IMG/VR virus record: IMGVR_UViG_3300028383_000267
Coordinates: 1 to 58,666 of that record
Length of the DNA stretch: 58,666 nucleotides
Strand: one strand, 5' to 3'
DNA from: a virus
Lineage: Duplodnaviria; Caudoviricetes
Position 1 is the first letter of the stretch. Each line of letters starts with the position of its first letter. The translations under genes were made by a program, and so were the position numbers. Positions 29,409 through 38,661 of the stretch are shown one piece after another. The notes under the pieces are model-generated. The model made no database searches. It was given only the letters and a program-made list of their open reading frames with translations, and was not told the origin of the DNA.

Positions 29409-29742
29409 GTGTTTGAAATTCGGTGCGAAAGACAACAAAGGAGCTGCATATACTTCTGACGGTTTTATGCTTCCTTGCTGTTGGATGGACGACCCACCGG
29501 TTTATAGATATGTAGTAGAAGCTGGTCTTAAAGACGAAGAACTAGCATTAGAAAATAATTCTAGCTTAGAAGATATTTTTACTTCTGATCAATGGGAAAA
29601 TTTTTTCCAAACACTGTTAAATGATCCTGAAAACGCCTCACACATGTGTAAGAAAAAATGTGGTGTAGATGTTGACATGGAAAAATTGAAAGAAGAAGAA
29701 AAAAGAGCAGTCAAGGAACAGTCAAATGGCTCGCATTACTGA
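29392..29742 (+). CDS. Stand-alone SPASM/Twitch-like Fe-S protein
   Basis: PKC...DG.MLPCCW...LEDIF.S..W...CKKKC, the same Cys pattern as the N-terminal domains of the neighbouring rSAMs. Confidence 0.6.
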   Translation: MKIEPKCLKFGAKDNKGAAYTSDGFMLPCCWMDDPPVYRYVVEAGLKDEELALENNSSLEDIFTSDQWENFFQTLLNDPENASHMCKKKCGVDVDMEKLKEEEKRAVKEQSNGSHY

Positions 29743-30484
29743 TGAGTATGTCAAAGCTCAGAAATATTGTAGGCCAAATATTGATGCTTCACATCGATGT
29801 ATATTCAAATGCCCACAGTGTGTAAGGCAAAAGACATTAAGCCAAGATCAAATTAAACGTTCTTTTGATTTAGAAGAAAAAAATTTCCAAAAGATATTAG
29901 ATTACTATGATTATGGTATAACATTTTGTGGCCAGATATCAGATCCAATATATCATCCTAGATTTCTTAATCTTCTAAAAATATGCGACGGACAAGAAAA
30001 AGCTGTAAGAATTGCAACTGTTGGTAGTGGAAAAAATGATGCATGGTGGAAAGAAGCCTACAGTTACGGAGTAGGAGAAAATGCTTGGTACTTTGGTGTA
30101 GATGGCATCGATGAAAAAAGTGAATTATATCGTATTGGTTCAAACTTTCAAGATGTATGGTCAAGAATGAAACAAGGCAGAGATCTAGGGCATGTTATAG
30201 TTTGGCAATATATTATCTTTGGTTACAATGAACACGAAATCGACAAAGCAATTAATATTGCAGAAAAAGAAGATTTTGCTCTACTTTTTGTGAACACAAA
30301 CAGAGGATTTAATCCAGACAGTCCGTTGCTTAGAAAAAATGTAGATTTTACGCTAACACGTCCTAAAGAAAAACACACAGAAGAAAGAGTTAAAAAAGAG
30401 TGGTGGGGACATAGGTCAAAAGCTTTAGAAGAATGGAACAAACTTCCAAGAAAAAAAATGGAAAATAAAAATGATTTCTTATGA
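29726..30484 (+). CDS. Radical SAM protein (core only)
   Basis: CIFKCPQC, FCGQISDP, FGVDG, YRIG, WQYIIF.YNEHEI. Confidence 0.85.
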   Translation: MARITDEYVKAQKYCRPNIDASHRCIFKCPQCVRQKTLSQDQIKRSFDLEEKNFQKILDYYDYGITFCGQISDPIYHPRFLNLLKICDGQEKAVRIATVGSGKNDAWWKEAYSYGVGENAWYFGVDGIDEKSELYRIGSNFQDVWSRMKQGRDLGHVIVWQYIIFGYNEHEIDKAINIAEKEDFALLFVNTNRGFNPDSPLLRKNVDFTLTRPKEKHTEERVKKEWWGHRSKALEEWNKLPRKKMENKNDFL

Positions 30485-31544
30485 TGGCTGGGACAGAGAA
30501 TACCAAGACAATAGACAAGATTATCTTGAATTGTTTGATCAGTTTATGAGTCAAACAAATTATGAAAATAATGAACTGTTTGAACAAGAGTTTGCAGAGA
30601 GTCTTGGGAGAAAATACTGCGTTAGTGTAGCCAGCGCCACAGATGCACTGCATTTTAGTTTATTAGCACACGGTGTTGGTCCTGGAGACGAGGTTCTTGT
30701 TACAGATTTTAGTTGGATTTCAAGTGCCAGCTGCGTAGACATGGCAGGAGCAACACCGGTATTTTGTGATATTGAACTAGATTCATATCAAATGAGCTTG
30801 GAAAGTGTACAACGCATGTATAGCGATCGTGTTAAAGCCATCGTATATGTACACTTATTTGGCACAATGGCTGACACAAGTGCGTTGCAGGCGTTTTGCA
30901 GAGAAAAAAATATTGTATTCATTGAAGACGCAGCACAAGCTCTAGGTAGCAGTCTAAACGGAGTCAAAGCAGGCACTATTGGAGATTGCAGCGTATTCAG
31001 TTTTAATACGAACAAGGTAATTGCAGGCATCAACGGCGGCGGAGTTGTCTTAACGGACGATTATGACATCGCGCGGCGTCTTAAAATGATTCGCCGCCAC
31101 GGCAAGGAAAAAACTTTTGACTTGCTTGGTTATAACAGTCGCATGTATGTGCTCAATGCGCTAATTATCAAACAGCGTATGAAAAATATGCATCAAAATC
31201 AATCAAAACGCCAAGAAATTGCGAAACAATACAACCAAGCTTTTTCAAATTTGCCCGTCCAAATGCCGAAAGGATCAACCGGTCTGAGCCATAATTTTCA
31301 TAAGTATGTTGTGCGATTTGTAGATAGAGACACTCGCAATCGTGTAAAGAACGCACTAGGCGCCAGTGTGCATTATGAAATTCCTCTGAGCGATAATCTT
31401 ATGTATACCACTTTGCAATACAGAAAAGATAATTGTGCAGCATCTAAAACTGCTTCAAACACGGTGCTATCTCTTCCTATACATCCTTGGTTAACAGAAG
31501 AAGAACTAAGTACTATTATAAAAGTAGTAAGGAGTAACGTGTGA
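30471..31544 (+). CDS. DegT/DnrJ/EryC1/StrS-family sugar aminotransferase
   Basis: SATDALH, GPGDEV, GATPVFCDI, VHLFG, IEDAAQALG, FSFNTNK, GYNSRM, LSLPIHP. Confidence 0.92.
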   Translation: MISYDGWDREYQDNRQDYLELFDQFMSQTNYENNELFEQEFAESLGRKYCVSVASATDALHFSLLAHGVGPGDEVLVTDFSWISSASCVDMAGATPVFCDIELDSYQMSLESVQRMYSDRVKAIVYVHLFGTMADTSALQAFCREKNIVFIEDAAQALGSSLNGVKAGTIGDCSVFSFNTNKVIAGINGGGVVLTDDYDIARRLKMIRRHGKEKTFDLLGYNSRMYVLNALIIKQRMKNMHQNQSKRQEIAKQYNQAFSNLPVQMPKGSTGLSHNFHKYVVRFVDRDTRNRVKNALGASVHYEIPLSDNLMYTTLQYRKDNCAASKTASNTVLSLPIHPWLTEEELSTIIKVVRSNV

Positions 31545-32251
31545 TAGAAGATTCTCTTGGTAAACGAAAGCATGTTATGCACTATGATACAGAGGTCATT
31601 CCAACACAGTCTGAAATTGAGGAGATATTAAGGTTAGGATATTCTCTTTCTACATCAAAACAAAAAGCTTATGCATACAAGTTTTGGATATTAGGACCAA
31701 ACAAAGAACGAAGTAATATTTTATATAATATAGCCGAAGGTAATAAACTCGACGTAGATTACAAAGCATATAAAACAACATCCGAATCTAAAGAATATGT
31801 TCTTAATGAAGGACTTTTTCATATTAAGAGTGCTCCTTACACATTTATAGTAACACCAAGAATGGCTTCACCTAATCCTCAGTTTAGGTATGTAATGGAC
31901 AAGTCTCGCAGTAAGTGGCAATTGGAAGACTACGAATTTGTAAACACAAAAAACAGAGAGTCAAATGCCATAGATGTTGGCATGGTAACAACAGCAATTT
32001 CAGGTGCAGCTTACGATCGAGGATGGGATATTTCGTATAATATTTGTTTCTACAATGACAGAAAAAAATGGCCTGATTTTCTGCCTTTTATAAGCGGAGA
32101 ATGGGGATTCAGGCCTGTGTTAATGGTCACATTGGGCAAGGCAAAGACTTACTATTATGAACGTTTAAAAGAAGACGGCTCTTTAACTAATGATCCTAAA
32201 TATAATACGGATCCGCCATTTGAAACAATCTTTGAATTTATAGATAACTAG
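31541..32251 (+). CDS. Nitroreductase-fold protein 1
   Basis: KRKHV..YD, STSKQKAY.Y, SAPY, IDVGM, GWDISY, C-terminal LG. Confidence 0.65.
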   Translation: MIEDSLGKRKHVMHYDTEVIPTQSEIEEILRLGYSLSTSKQKAYAYKFWILGPNKERSNILYNIAEGNKLDVDYKAYKTTSESKEYVLNEGLFHIKSAPYTFIVTPRMASPNPQFRYVMDKSRSKWQLEDYEFVNTKNRESNAIDVGMVTTAISGAAYDRGWDISYNICFYNDRKKWPDFLPFISGEWGFRPVLMVTLGKAKTYYYERLKEDGSLTNDPKYNTDPPFETIFEFIDN

Positions 32252-32254
32252 TAT

Positions 32255-32944
32255 ATGAAAAATTACAAATATGTCCTAGGTTGGTCTTCTAAAACAGTTG
32301 ATGATAAAATTGTGAAAGAAAGTCTAGATTATGCTTGGAGATATACTCCTTCAAAAAATAATTTTATGAATTATAGTGTATTTGTTTTAGGGCCTGATCA
32401 AAAAAATCTTAAAAAATCGATTTATTATAAGTGTTTAAAACAACAATCAAAAGCAAACGGACATGAAGTATCAAATCAAGGTTTATTGAAGTATGAAAAA
32501 AGACTTATAAAGCAAGGCATACCGCCTCTTTTCAAAAACATCAAAGATGCACCATATCTGCTGATTTATACTTCAAGAGTAGCTGACGAATTAAACGAGA
32601 TTCAACAAAATAACATAAACTACGGAATGGTATACGAACAAACTTTCCCTCCGGGAACAGAGAAATACGAGTCTGCCTGCAATCTAAGCAGAATAGAAAT
32701 AGGAATGTTTGCAACAAATTTTGCAACGAAGTGTTTGGAAAGTAACATCGATATTTCATATGTGCTGTGTATGCCTACAAGTCTAGACGATTGGTCAGAA
32801 CCAGAATGGAGTTTTATGCTACATAATCCTATTTTGATACAGCTTGCAGGGCATGGCAAAACCTATAGACGTTCAATTTTGGATGCAGACAAAGACCTAA
32901 AACCTAACTTTGATAAGATAGTAAATATCATAGGAAAAAAATAA
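32255..32944 (+). CDS. Nitroreductase-fold protein 2
   Basis: TPSKNNFMNY..FVLGP, DAPY, IEIGMFA, IDISY, KPNFD.IV. Confidence 0.65.
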   Translation: MKNYKYVLGWSSKTVDDKIVKESLDYAWRYTPSKNNFMNYSVFVLGPDQKNLKKSIYYKCLKQQSKANGHEVSNQGLLKYEKRLIKQGIPPLFKNIKDAPYLLIYTSRVADELNEIQQNNINYGMVYEQTFPPGTEKYESACNLSRIEIGMFATNFATKCLESNIDISYVLCMPTSLDDWSEPEWSFMLHNPILIQLAGHGKTYRRSILDADKDLKPNFDKIVNIIGKK

Positions 32945-32945
32945 G

Positions 32946-33746
32946 ATGAGCATTGAAAAATTGTTTTCCAAAAGACGGCAAATTAGAGCAGCTTGGGATC
33001 CTAATCGGTCACCTAGCAAGGAACTTATATATGACCTGCTTAAACGCACTCAAAACATTGCGCCGTCCAAGCAAAATTTATATCCTTTTAAAATTCATGC
33101 TTTTGGACCAAATAATCCAGAAGAAAAGAAAAAAGTCGAGCAAATTTGTTGCTTATATACACAAGGAGCAGTTAATAATTTTAATTGTAGCCAAGAACAA
33201 CTTGAAACAGCAGGAGAAGACAACAATTTTCCACCTTGGGTATTAGTATTTGAATTAAGGAAATGCAAACCAAATACCTTTATTGAAGAATACGACACAA
33301 TGTTTCAAGGCGAAAGTCCAAATGCTGTTAAAGGAGATTTTAGTGGCGCCGCTTCACGATTTAGCCAAATTAGTGAAAACCGTTTTAGAGAAAATAACAA
33401 TAAAACACTGGCGTGCATAGAAGTAGGAATGTTCGCAAAATTGTTGGCTGGACTCTGCCTCGAAAATGATATTGCAATTTCATATATTAAATCATTTCCA
33501 GAATGGAATTGGAAGGGACAAAGCAAACGATACAGTAAAGACATAAATGAGGTAGGTTTAAGCTGGGACAGTTTACCTGAGATAACAGAGGCTCCTTTAT
33601 TGGTTGTGCAAATTGGCTATAAGGCAGATATGGATGATCCTTTAGCATCAACTGTTGAAGTTGACGGAGTTGTCCATTCCACAAAAGGCGGAGTACTTTT
33701 AGAAGATAAACCCAGCATAGACGAAATTATTCAGTTCAAAGATTAA
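32946..33746 (+). CDS. Nitroreductase-fold protein 3
   Basis: KRRQIR, APSKQNLYP, IEVGMFA, IAISY, IGY, DKPSIDEII. Confidence 0.7.
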   Translation: MSIEKLFSKRRQIRAAWDPNRSPSKELIYDLLKRTQNIAPSKQNLYPFKIHAFGPNNPEEKKKVEQICCLYTQGAVNNFNCSQEQLETAGEDNNFPPWVLVFELRKCKPNTFIEEYDTMFQGESPNAVKGDFSGAASRFSQISENRFRENNNKTLACIEVGMFAKLLAGLCLENDIAISYIKSFPEWNWKGQSKRYSKDINEVGLSWDSLPEITEAPLLVVQIGYKADMDDPLASTVEVDGVVHSTKGGVLLEDKPSIDEIIQFKD

Positions 33747-33760
33747 TAACTTATAATACC

Positions 33761-34492
33761 ATGAATAAGAATTTGCTAGAAGCTATAGATTCTTCGCAGC
33801 GTGCTCAACGCAATTATGATTTGTCTAGATCTATCTCTCAAAAAGATCTAGATACGCTAATTTACGCATCTTCAAAATCCCCTTCAAAGCAAAACGAAAA
33901 ACATTATTCTCTGTTTGTCTATACTGATCCTATAATGATTAGAAAAATCTACGACACTACAAAAAAATTCACTTTATTTGATAAAAATGATAACTTAGAA
34001 AAATTGTTCGGAGAAAAAAATGAAGTTTACTGGCAAAATGATGATTATTCAGTAAAAAATTCACAGGTTCTAGCTAATGTTTTGTTTGTATATACAGAAG
34101 AAAAAGGAGAGCCTAGAGGCGGAACACACATAGTTGGTCAACAAAGTATTGCCGGCAAATCAGCACAACTTTATAAAGAACAAATAGATTATAGTATCGG
34201 AATATCTGTAGGTCAATTAATTTTATCTGCTAACCTTTTAGGACTTAAAACAGGAATATGTTCTGCAATGGACGGCCGTGCCATAAAAAAAGTCGTAGGA
34301 ACAGAAAAAAGTGTGAAAATGCTAGTTGGCGTGGGTTTTGAAAATGCCGATACTGATAGAAGACTCCACCCTGATGTGTTAAATAGAGATGTCTCTGCCA
34401 AATTTAGAAATGGCAAAGACTCAGAAAACTGGCGTTTTCCTAGTTTCGAAAAAGAATGCAAGGTATATCTTAATGGCCAAATTTACTCTTGA
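33761..34492 (+). CDS. Nitroreductase-fold protein 4
   Basis: SQRAQRNYD, SPSKQN, SIGISVGQL.LSA.LLGLKTGIC, VGVG. Confidence 0.75.
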   Translation: MNKNLLEAIDSSQRAQRNYDLSRSISQKDLDTLIYASSKSPSKQNEKHYSLFVYTDPIMIRKIYDTTKKFTLFDKNDNLEKLFGEKNEVYWQNDDYSVKNSQVLANVLFVYTEEKGEPRGGTHIVGQQSIAGKSAQLYKEQIDYSIGISVGQLILSANLLGLKTGICSAMDGRAIKKVVGTEKSVKMLVGVGFENADTDRRLHPDVLNRDVSAKFRNGKDSENWRFPSFEKECKVYLNGQIYS

Positions 34493-35303
34493 TGAATTAA
34501 AAAGAGGTGGATTTCTTACCGTAGACTTTTATCTCACTAAGTCCTGTAATAAGTCCTGCTACTACTGCACTGCATGGACGAAGGAGATGCGGAATCTTGA
34601 TGTTGATATAGAGTTTTTGTCGAAGACTCTTGAATATCTCAGTCCTTACAAAACTCGTATTTGTCTCCTAGGAGGAGAACCTGCACTAGTTAGAAATTTT
34701 GAAGAGGTGATCAACGAGATTAAAAAACACGAAAACCTAGTACCTCAGGTAATGTCAAATTCTTTGATAAGGAATAGGTATCCTTGGGTGCTAGACGATC
34801 CTGAAATTTTTTACATGGAACATCTTGTTCTAGATTTTCATGAAGACAGGATAGAAAAATTAGGTAAGCATGACTTTTTACCTGAAAACGATCTTAACAA
34901 TTTTAATCTAATAATTGAAACTCCTAATTATTTCAAATATAGAGAAAATTTTGATTTGTCAGAAATTGACCATAAAAATACCGAATTCAAAGAATTTAAT
35001 GGAAGGTCCCCTACTTTCAACCGTGCCGAACAGGCACCGGAAATTGATAGACGCATTTGTGCCGCGTTTCCTTTGGTACCTGTAATAGATTTTGAATTGC
35101 AAAAGATAAGACATTGTAGCCGGAAAGCTATTAATGGCTCACGCACTTTCGATGTAACTCGTGAAAATATAGACAAAATGATGAACTTTGATCTATTTCA
35201 GTTTGAATCTTACTGCAAAACCTGTACAGAAATAATACCAAAGAGACCAGACTGGCAAAGACAAATGATATTGGAAAAAATTACGCAGGACGAACTGCAA
35301 TGA
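34473..35303 (+). CDS. Radical SAM protein with C-terminal Cys cluster
   Basis: CNKSCYYC, LGGEP; C-terminal C...HC...CKTC. ATG at 34473 preferred. Confidence 0.85.
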   Translation: MAKFTLDELKRGGFLTVDFYLTKSCNKSCYYCTAWTKEMRNLDVDIEFLSKTLEYLSPYKTRICLLGGEPALVRNFEEVINEIKKHENLVPQVMSNSLIRNRYPWVLDDPEIFYMEHLVLDFHEDRIEKLGKHDFLPENDLNNFNLIIETPNYFKYRENFDLSEIDHKNTEFKEFNGRSPTFNRAEQAPEIDRRICAAFPLVPVIDFELQKIRHCSRKAINGSRTFDVTRENIDKMMNFDLFQFESYCKTCTEIIPKRPDWQRQMILEKITQDELQ

Positions 35304-36820
35304 ATATATTTTCTATTGCAGTAAACATTCATGATCACAACTGGTACGATGGCAAAACACATCGTCAAGAAGAAAGACATACTAAAGTAAAACACAATCT
35401 CAACCCAGACAATTCACATGATCCTGAACCTAGTAGAACTTTTTTTCGACAGCATTTTATTCCTAATTACAAAAAGCAAAAACAAAACGACGTATTTTGT
35501 TTCACAGTATCTAATCTTGGCCAAGAGTTTGTGCGTGATTTACTAGAAGCAACCATAGGCGAACTTGATTTTTTAGAATTCCGCCCTCAGAACCTCTGGG
35601 ACTATTATAGCACTGACTCATATTATTACATAGATCATCATCAATCTCATGCTGCTTATGCTTTTTTAACATCAGGGCATAAAGAGTCTGATATTCTAGC
35701 AATTGATGGCAGAGGATGGCAATTTAACTGTATGTTTGTCGATAGTGCTGGCAACATAATCGATCTTTCTAAAGAACTTAGTATAGGCGGATTGTGGAAT
35801 AGACTAGCACAAGACATAGGCCTGGGTTACCTGGGCGCTGGCAAAGTAATGGGTTTAGCAGGTTACGGCAAATGGGATGAAGATATTGCCGACATGATTG
35901 ATCTTTATCTAGAAAACCCTAATCATAAACTACCAAACGGTGCTTACGATTTATTAGCAAAAACTCCTAAGGAAAACACTGCGCGCACACTGCAGATCAA
36001 GACAGAACAGTTAATCAGAGAACATGTCTATCCATTAAAAACTTCAGATTGTCTTTGTGTTGCAGGAGGTGTGGCATACAACGGATATGTAAACGAGATG
36101 CTTACAGAGCATTACACTCATGTTTATGTTCCGCCTGCTGTAGGCGACGAAGGACAAGCAATAGGGGCATACATGCATGCAGACCATATGCTCAATAATA
36201 ACGTTCACAAGACGACCGTATATGCGGGCACAGACTGGGAAATAGACACTGCATTGTTTGAAGATTTTGAATGGCAAGAAAAAACATTTGACGAAATTTC
36301 AAATGAGGTTGCTGCTGAAATTGCAAATGGCTCAATAGTAGGATGGTTCCAAGGAAAGTCTGAATCAGGAAATAGAGCACTAGGAAACAGAAGCATACTG
36401 GCTGATCCACGAAATCGCAACATCAAAGACATAATTAATCATACGATTAAGAAGCGCGAGGACTTTAGGCCTTTTGCTCCTGCTGTTTTAGAAGATTATT
36501 ATCAAGATTATTTTTACACCAATCAGCCGTCACCGTACATGTCACGAATTGTGCCAGTGATCAGTAATGAAATTCCAGGAGTTACTCATGTAGACGGCAC
36601 TGCACGCATACAAACAGTAACTATGAAAAGCAACGAGCGTTTTTATAATTTAATCAATCAATTTTATAAACAAACTGGGATTCCGATGTTGCTGAATACC
36701 AGTTTCAATTGTCAAGAACCTATTGTAGAAACGCCCGAAGATTCTGTCACTACTTTCAAAAAATCTGATCTTGATATACTAGTCATTAATAATTTTATAT
36801 TGAGAAAACGTTATGATTGA
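35300..36820 (+). CDS. Carbamoyltransferase (NodU/CmcH/TobZ family)
   Basis: DHHQSHAA, AIDG.G, GKVMGLAGYG, AGGVAYN, GDEG, RALGNRSILADP, KRE.FRPFAP, HVDGTARIQTV, LLNTSFN. Confidence 0.95.
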   Translation: MNIFSIAVNIHDHNWYDGKTHRQEERHTKVKHNLNPDNSHDPEPSRTFFRQHFIPNYKKQKQNDVFCFTVSNLGQEFVRDLLEATIGELDFLEFRPQNLWDYYSTDSYYYIDHHQSHAAYAFLTSGHKESDILAIDGRGWQFNCMFVDSAGNIIDLSKELSIGGLWNRLAQDIGLGYLGAGKVMGLAGYGKWDEDIADMIDLYLENPNHKLPNGAYDLLAKTPKENTARTLQIKTEQLIREHVYPLKTSDCLCVAGGVAYNGYVNEMLTEHYTHVYVPPAVGDEGQAIGAYMHADHMLNNNVHKTTVYAGTDWEIDTALFEDFEWQEKTFDEISNEVAAEIANGSIVGWFQGKSESGNRALGNRSILADPRNRNIKDIINHTIKKREDFRPFAPAVLEDYYQDYFYTNQPSPYMSRIVPVISNEIPGVTHVDGTARIQTVTMKSNERFYNLINQFYKQTGIPMLLNTSFNCQEPIVETPEDSVTTFKKSDLDILVINNFILRKRYD

Positions 36821-37016
36821 TAGAGAAAATTTAAAATATTATGAAAATATATTGAGTTTAGAAAACGAAGTAGTAGACTTTGAAAATGTTTATAATATTG
36901 TTACTGCAATCAAAGAAAACGATTATACAAATACGGTTGATATTGTACTATCAAATCTCAACAGTGATATCAGTGATCTAGAAGACATTAAAAATATTCT
37001 TGTACGACGAGTATAG
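36813..37016 (+). CDS. Short ORF, possibly the frameshifted N-terminus of the downstream methyltransferase
   Basis: Coupled to the carbamoyltransferase stop; overlaps the next ORF, which has only a TTG start and no clear RBS. Confidence 0.45.
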   Translation: MIDRENLKYYENILSLENEVVDFENVYNIVTAIKENDYTNTVDIVLSNLNSDISDLEDIKNILVRRV

Positions 37017-37656
37017 TGTTTTTAAGATTCTACTCGAAAACACTAGCGGTTATAATCTGAATTTATTAGAAAATGTACTAAAGACGTGCAAACACCGTCC
37101 TGAACTAAAGGACGATATTCTAGACTCTTTCAGTGATAATCAGTTTAGATCAAAAAATAAGGTGTTAGAATTAATATCTACGTTGCCCTTACCGAACAAT
37201 GAATTAGATATTACAATATTTGGATCTTGGTATGGCAGTATTCTGATTCCGGGTCTTGCACACAGGGCGAAAAGAATTAGTTGCATAGATTTAGATGAGA
37301 AGGTTTTAAAAGTTGCGAAAAACAGATTATTTAATAATCTAGATAACATTGATTATATCGCTGCAGATATGTTTCAAAAAGATAGAGAACGATACTGGAA
37401 CGCAAATTTATTTGTTAATACCTCGTGTGAACATATGAAGCCGATGAGAGAATGGCCTTATTGGCAAAACTGCAAAAAAAATTCATATTTTGCTTTTCAG
37501 TCTAACAACATGTACGATATAGAAGGTCACATAAATTGTGTTGATTCGATAACCGAATTCAAAGCCCAATTGCCAGATTTTTTCGAAGTATATAACGAAG
37601 TAGAGATAGCTGATTCTAGAGGCACTAGGTTTTGTTTGGTAGGTAAAATTTTGTAA
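37000..37656 (+). CDS. Class I SAM-dependent methyltransferase-like protein
   Basis: IFGSWYG (motif I-like), CIDLD (acidic motif II), NTSCEHM, QSNN...HINC. Confidence 0.7.
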   Translation: MYDEYSVFKILLENTSGYNLNLLENVLKTCKHRPELKDDILDSFSDNQFRSKNKVLELISTLPLPNNELDITIFGSWYGSILIPGLAHRAKRISCIDLDEKVLKVAKNRLFNNLDNIDYIAADMFQKDRERYWNANLFVNTSCEHMKPMREWPYWQNCKKNSYFAFQSNNMYDIEGHINCVDSITEFKAQLPDFFEVYNEVEIADSRGTRFCLVGKIL

Positions 37657-38162
37657 TGGAGATAGCAATTACAGGTCACACTTCTGGTATTGGAAAATAT
37701 ATTTTTGAAAATTATAGAGGCATTTCTGGATTTAGCAGATCAAACGGATACAATATATGTAAAAGTGACGACAGAAAAAGGATCCTACAAAATGCTGAAA
37801 ACTGCGATGTGTTTATTAATAATGCGCACAATGAATTCGGCCAAACATTCCTGCTCCTAGATATTTTTAAAAAATGGCAATTTAGGAATAAAACAATTGT
37901 GAACATAGGAAGTCGAGTTGCAGAAGATGGTCTGTTTCTAGCAAATCATAGAATGGATCTAATGAATTATAGAATTTACAAAAGTTCTTTAAAATCTCTG
38001 CATGAAGATTTAGCCCAATGTGATACCAGTTTGACATTAAATTATGTGTGGTTTGGTTATGTTGGAACTGAGAGAATTTTTAAAAAATATCCGGATTTAC
38101 AAGATTATATTTCTGTAGAACAAGCTGCAACTGAAATTCTGAAGCCTTTACAAAAGGAATGA
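37656..38162 (+). CDS. Short-chain dehydrogenase/reductase (compact), copy 1
   Basis: TGHTSGIG, INNA, NIGS, YRIYK (YxxxK). Confidence 0.8.
   Translation: MEIAITGHTSGIGKYIFENYRGISGFSRSNGYNICKSDDRKRILQNAENCDVFINNAHNEFGQTFLLLDIFKKWQFRNKTIVNIGSRVAEDGLFLANHRMDLMNYRIYKSSLKSLHEDLAQCDTSLTLNYVWFGYVGTERIFKKYPDLQDYISVEQAATEILKPLQKE
37662..37715 (+). repeat. 54-nt direct repeat with 1 mismatch (copy 2 at 38173-38226)
   Basis: atagcaattacaggtcacacttctggtattggaaa(a/g)tatatttttgaaaattat begins both SDR genes. Confidence 0.9.
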
Positions 38163-38166
38163 AAAT

Positions 38167-38661
38167 ATGAATATAGCAATTACAGGTCACACTTCTGGTA
38201 TTGGAAAGTATATTTTTGAAAATTATCCTAATGTAAAAGGTCTTAGTAGAACTAACAAATACGATATTTCTACTAAAGAAGGTAGAGAAAAAATAATTTT
38301 TGATACAAAAAAGACAGATGTGCTAATCAACAATGCTTACTGTGAATTTGCACAGTCTTCCTTGTTATTAGATTTTTTTAAGCAATACAGGTGGTGCGAG
38401 AAAATAATTGTAAACATAGGAAGCGAAGCAGCAGAAGGAAATAAAGTATTTGAAGATAATATATCATTACTAGAATATAGAACTCATAAAAGATCTTTGA
38501 AAGACTTGTGCGCTGAATTAAATAGATATAACAAAGTAATAGATATAAAATATATTTCTTTTGGATATGTTTGGATAGAAAGAGATAATGTGAAATCACC
38601 ATTATTAGATAACTATTTGACGGTTAAAGAAGCATCCGGTATAATTATGGAATCAATATGA
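38167..38661 (+). CDS. Short-chain dehydrogenase/reductase (compact), copy 2
   Basis: TGHTSGIG, INNA, NIGS, YRTHK. Confidence 0.8.
   Translation: MNIAITGHTSGIGKYIFENYPNVKGLSRTNKYDISTKEGREKIIFDTKKTDVLINNAYCEFAQSSLLLDFFKQYRWCEKIIVNIGSEAAEGNKVFEDNISLLEYRTHKRSLKDLCAELNRYNKVIDIKYISFGYVWIERDNVKSPLLDNYLTVKEASGIIMESI

Noticed and set aside
11419-35303. Classical RiPP cluster
   Set aside because: No convincing precursor peptide, RRE/PqqD domain, dedicated peptidase or exporter was seen; GT and sugar genes dominate. Not fully excluded.
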